A stretch of DNA of 61,341 bases, the filler included, from Pirum gemmata (taxonomy: Eukaryota): assembly GCA_002812295.1 (NCBI GenBank). It is 14 parts of 14 records of this genome, joined end to end, with 100 filler letters (N's around TTAATTAATTAA, not from the genome) between each part and the next. Parts side by side here need not be neighbours in the genome. Positions count along the whole stretch, not along the records: positions 56,069 to 61,341 come from PDIN01001821.1; 13 more parts are not named here. The stretch is one strand, 5' to 3'. Below, piece after piece: positions 57,445 to 61,341 of the stretch. Numbering within the stretch: the first letter of the stretch is position 1; every line of letters begins with the position of its first letter. The translations under genes were made by a program, and so were the position numbers. The notes beneath the pieces were generated by a model. It made no database searches. It worked only from the letters and a program-made list of their open reading frames with translations, and was not told the DNA's origin.

Positions 57445-60400
57445 TTTNNNNNNNNNNNNNNNNNNNNNNNNNNNNNNNNNNAACTGCAAGTACTACCAAG
57501 TAGACACAACAAAACTCACAACAAGGACCCAACTAGTAGACTCCAACTAGCTATTTTTTTTTTTTCAGTTTTTTTTTTTTTTTTGGTATGCATAGTCCGA
57601 TCGATGCATAGTCTACTATTGCATAGTCTACCAAGCCGGATGGATAACTACTAGAGCCGGATAAAATGGCGGCATCCGACTGGCATCCATGATCCGCCAC
57701 ACTAATATTCCGGATAGACTATGATAATTTTTTTTAAAAAATCTACAGTTTTTATGTTGCTAAAAAAATCATATACAAAAATTTTAAAAAAAAAAAATAG
57801 TAGATTTAGGTGACTAAAAAAATTAGGTCTACTAGTTATTTATTTACTTTGTGATATTTTTCCAAAACCAATCTCTACTAGCTAGCTATAGTAAGTAGTA
57901 AGTATAGCTAAATACCTTTAGAAATACCAAACAGATACTGCAATCAAATAAATAAATAAATAAACTTCAAATAAATAATAAAGTTTATAATATTTTACTT
58001 TTTTTTTAAAAATTTTACTTTATATATTTAAATATATATCATTATAAACTTTTTAATTTTTAAAAATCATTTAAATCTTAGATCATATTAGATAATATTG
58101 CGTACATTCATGCATGAAACTCATAAAACAGTATTCAATGCCATTCATTATTTTTTTTTAAAAAAAAGTATTTTTTAATTAAAAAATAACCATTTTTAAT
58201 TCTCAGTATAAATGATGACAGAGTATATGTAACTATTTTTAGTCTAATATTAAACTATGAGTATATAGCTAGCATGTAGCATAACTTTATTATGCTTTTC
58301 ATTTATTTTGTCAATAAATAAATGTATAATAAAATATACCAAATTAAATGATATGGATTTATATTGTACTATTTATTGTATATTTTATGACGACGAAATA
58401 ACTGAAAAGCACGGTTTATTATCTGCGGTTTATTATATAGGAGAAGGACACAATGACCCAAATGTAGTAAGTAGATGAATGAATGAATCGTTCTGGTTGG
58501 AACTGATTAAAAAGATGACGGGCAGGTGTAATTTTGATAAAAAAATGCAACAGCGTCATAGTTAAGTAAAACTGTTAAGTATCATAGTTATATAACATTA
58601 CTGATTAGACGGGTCTATTGTTACTGTTTATCAAAACAAAACATCACGTTGATATTATTTTATATATTAATATTATTATCTATTTTCATTTATTTTGTCA
58701 CTCTGAATATTTATTTTGTTGGTTATAATATTTAATTAAATTGATATTTTTAAATTAATAATTAGATTATAAAATATACCAAATTAAATAAAATGGATTT
58801 ATATTGTATTAATTCAATACTCTTTATTGTATATTTTATGATGACAAAACAACGGAAAAGCATGATAGTATTATAATAATAATAAACACTGTTTAGAGTC
58901 TGTTTTTTATNAAAAAAAAAAAAAAAAAAAAAAAAAAAGTGCAGATCATATTACATTTACAGCTGTATCAGGAATGCAGCATAATAATTATATCTTTCTT
59001 TTGACTGCCTTTTGGCGGAGCTACCATGTTTGTAGTTTGAACTTTGTTAGAACTTTGTTGCAATTCAAATGTCTTCTAACTAGACCCCGGGGTCTATGTC
59101 TACGATAAATTATTTTAAAAAAAAAATTAAAAAAATAATAATAATATGAAAAAAACCTGATCATCATCAATAGATTGACTACTCTAGCTAGTACTAGCTA
59201 GATTGATTGACTATCATATATGATCAGAGTATATATTATGATAAGGAATCATTCTCTTTGTCCAAAACACTTTTGGTCATAATTTTAAAGTTCATTTTAA
59301 TAATTAATTACTGCCTAAAACAGTTTAATTAAGTCACACTTTCGAGCAATGACTTCTATCAAAGAATAAGTAATGTCTTTTATGAATGTTCCCTAAGCTA
59401 TATGATGTATGTAAACCAATGTTTTAGACCTAACTATCATAGAGACAGGTTATTACTATTAGACATACTAATAATAAATACTTAATAAATAAAGTGAAAA
59501 TAGAGTGAAAATCATGAACACATTTTATTATCTTGGATAATATAAAACCACATTTATAATTAATAAATAATATCTTGATCCTTTGATTTTATTTGTTTTT
59601 ATTATCGTATAATATTGGCAAAACGTATAAAAGAATAAACTACAATCCTCAAGAAAAGGACAAGGTTTTAAAAAAGGGATCAAGGCTATGGTTAAACGTT
59701 TTAATTAAGAAGAGTCGGGTTCAAGTCTGTTAACGAGTCAGTCCAATATTAAGCGAGTTCGTTAGAGTTAGAGTTAAAGTTAAATTAATTTAAAGTTTTA
59801 AGTTTAATTAAAGGTTAAGGTTTTAATTTTAGTAAGGTTAAAGTTACACAGGTTAAAATTAGGCTTTAATTAAGGTCAAGTTTAAAAAAGAAGAGTGGGT
59901 TAACCCTAGCTTGTTAATCAACTAGTCAGTTCAATAGACCAAGGGGACTATTTTTTTTATTATGAGATGTCATATGATTTAAAAAAAAAAAACTCTTGAC
60001 TAAAAAGTTAGTAAAAACCTTGTGTCGAGAGTAAACGGTAAACCTACCACTAGCTAGTCTAGCTAGGAGAGAGTAAAAACTGTATCGATTATAATTTATC
60101 GATATAAATATCATGATATAGTCATGATATAGGCAACCCGGTATAGATGGTATTTATACTGTATTTATATGTATCTAGCTAGCTATACCAAGTAGACTAT
60201 ATGATTTTTTATGATCACTGATTGAGATTCGAGACTGATCAGTGTGTGGATTTGTCTTAGTAGCTAGCTAGCTATCATATATAAGTGTCTACAGTGTGTC
60301 TACGTAGAAGTTCTAGCTCTAGCCAGCACTAGACGGCCTATGTAAAGCTGTTTTTTTTAGTGAGTTTTATGAGTTTTATCAAGGACTTCAGATTTTTCAG

Positions 60401-60799
60401 AAGTCCTTGGTTTTATCAAAATAATTTTGTCTTTGTTGAGTTTTGGGAAAAAATCCTGGAAAATCTCATGGATGGAAAAAGGAAAAAATCCACAAGAAAT
60501 GTTATTGGGGGTGTTGTAAAATCTTGAAGTGTTCTCGTTCCCACATTTTCGCTCGAGATAATAGTTAGAGACTACTAGCCAGCAGCCAGCTAGCTAGAGC
60601 TAGACTAGAGCACTATATGATAGCTAGCTAGACTAGCTAGAGTACTAGCTAGCTAGCAGTGCAGCAGGTGCAGCTTCAAGTGCAGGGACCGTTTTATATA
60701 CCAGCTTCTAGCTAGAGTAGGTCTATGTGGGGCCATTTCACTGGCCATTTCCTATCTTTCAGTGTTACCTTTTTAAAACTGTAATTATGCTGCACGAAA

Positions 60800-61198
60800 T
60801 TATGTATTCCCCTTTTCTTTTTTTCTTATTGATTCTAAAACTTTGTTATTGATTTGATTCAGTTTTAACCTTGGTTTTCCAGGTTTTTTCGATTTTTTAG
60901 TTTCTTGGTTTTCGTCGTTGTTTTCTTTTTCTATGGGATCGTTAAGTACTTCTTTTACTATACGTTCTGAATCTCTGGGTTCATAAGGGTGAGGGGGGTT
61001 AACATTATTGACAATATCGTGAAGATTTAGAATTCGCTGTTCAAATAATGTTATTGTTTGCTTACGAATACGGTAACGTTTGCTGTGATCGGTTATCACT
61101 TTCAGGGCGTCTGCAGTAGTTTTCGTGTCTGGAAATGGGAATAATCGTAAACTATACCCAGCAGTACCGCAGTAACTTTTGGAAGTTGAAGATGGGTT
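60800..61198 (-). CDS. Terminal exon of a hypothetical protein with a possible GCR1_C-like helical DNA-binding region
   Basis: Open frame NPSSTSKSYCG...HSKRYRIRKQTITLFEQRI...KPRLKLNQINNKVL, preceded by a textbook intron at 61199-61246. Confidence 0.5.
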   Translation of the reverse strand, partial: NPSSTSKSYCGTAGYSLRLFPFPDTKTTADALKVITDHSKRYRIRKQTITLFEQRILNLHDIVNNVNPPHPYEPRDSERIVKEVLNDPIEKENNDENQETKKSKKPGKPRLKLNQINNKVLESIRKKEKGNT

Positions 61199-61246
61199 CT
61201 ACAAAATGTAATGAGCGAAGGTTAGTAAAGAAGAGCTACCACTTAC
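61199..61246 (-). other. 48-nt spliceosomal intron
   Basis: GTAAGT donor, TACTAAC branch point, TTTTGTAG acceptor. Confidence 0.7.
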
Positions 61247-61341
61247 CTCTACCCACCCACCCGCCACCATCACCGCCCATCATCCATCACTCACCACCCA
61301 CCCACCACCCACCACTCACCACTCACCACCCACCCATCACC

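Overview
This is AT-rich eukaryotic DNA in the standard genetic code, with GT-AG introns, Asn-rich proteins, TTAGGG-type repeats and a 28S rRNA fragment. The lineage cannot be fixed from the window; a unicellular opisthokont or amoebozoan-like protist is compatible. The window is not one locus: 14 unrelated small scaffolds (most built on a ~3.8-3.9 kb contig) are joined by 13 artificial 100-bp linkers (44N-TTAATTAATTAA-44N), so adjacency across linkers has no meaning. Recognisable coding content: an intact KRR1; an F-box-like LRR protein; several Asn/Ser-rich hypothetical genes; a spliced glycosyltransferase-like gene; a signal-peptide first exon missed by the ORF track; a scrambled Crypton/Ndc10-type tyrosine-recombinase pseudogene; LRR and zinc-finger remnants. 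Repeats include at least six MITE-like families and about a dozen interstitial telomere-like arrays. The best candidate for an undescribed system is scaffold 33948-37830. It looks like a fragment of a virus or virus-like element: a CpG-depleted 802-aa collagen/fibre-like gene with a duplicated globular domain, a divergent small ORF, and an elaborate iteron/inverted-repeat terminal or origin region, with the fibre gene running into TTAGGG repeats. The host DNA also shows signs of unusual sequence-rewriting: CTAG/TAG micro-insertions, fold-back inversions and telomere-repeat insertions.
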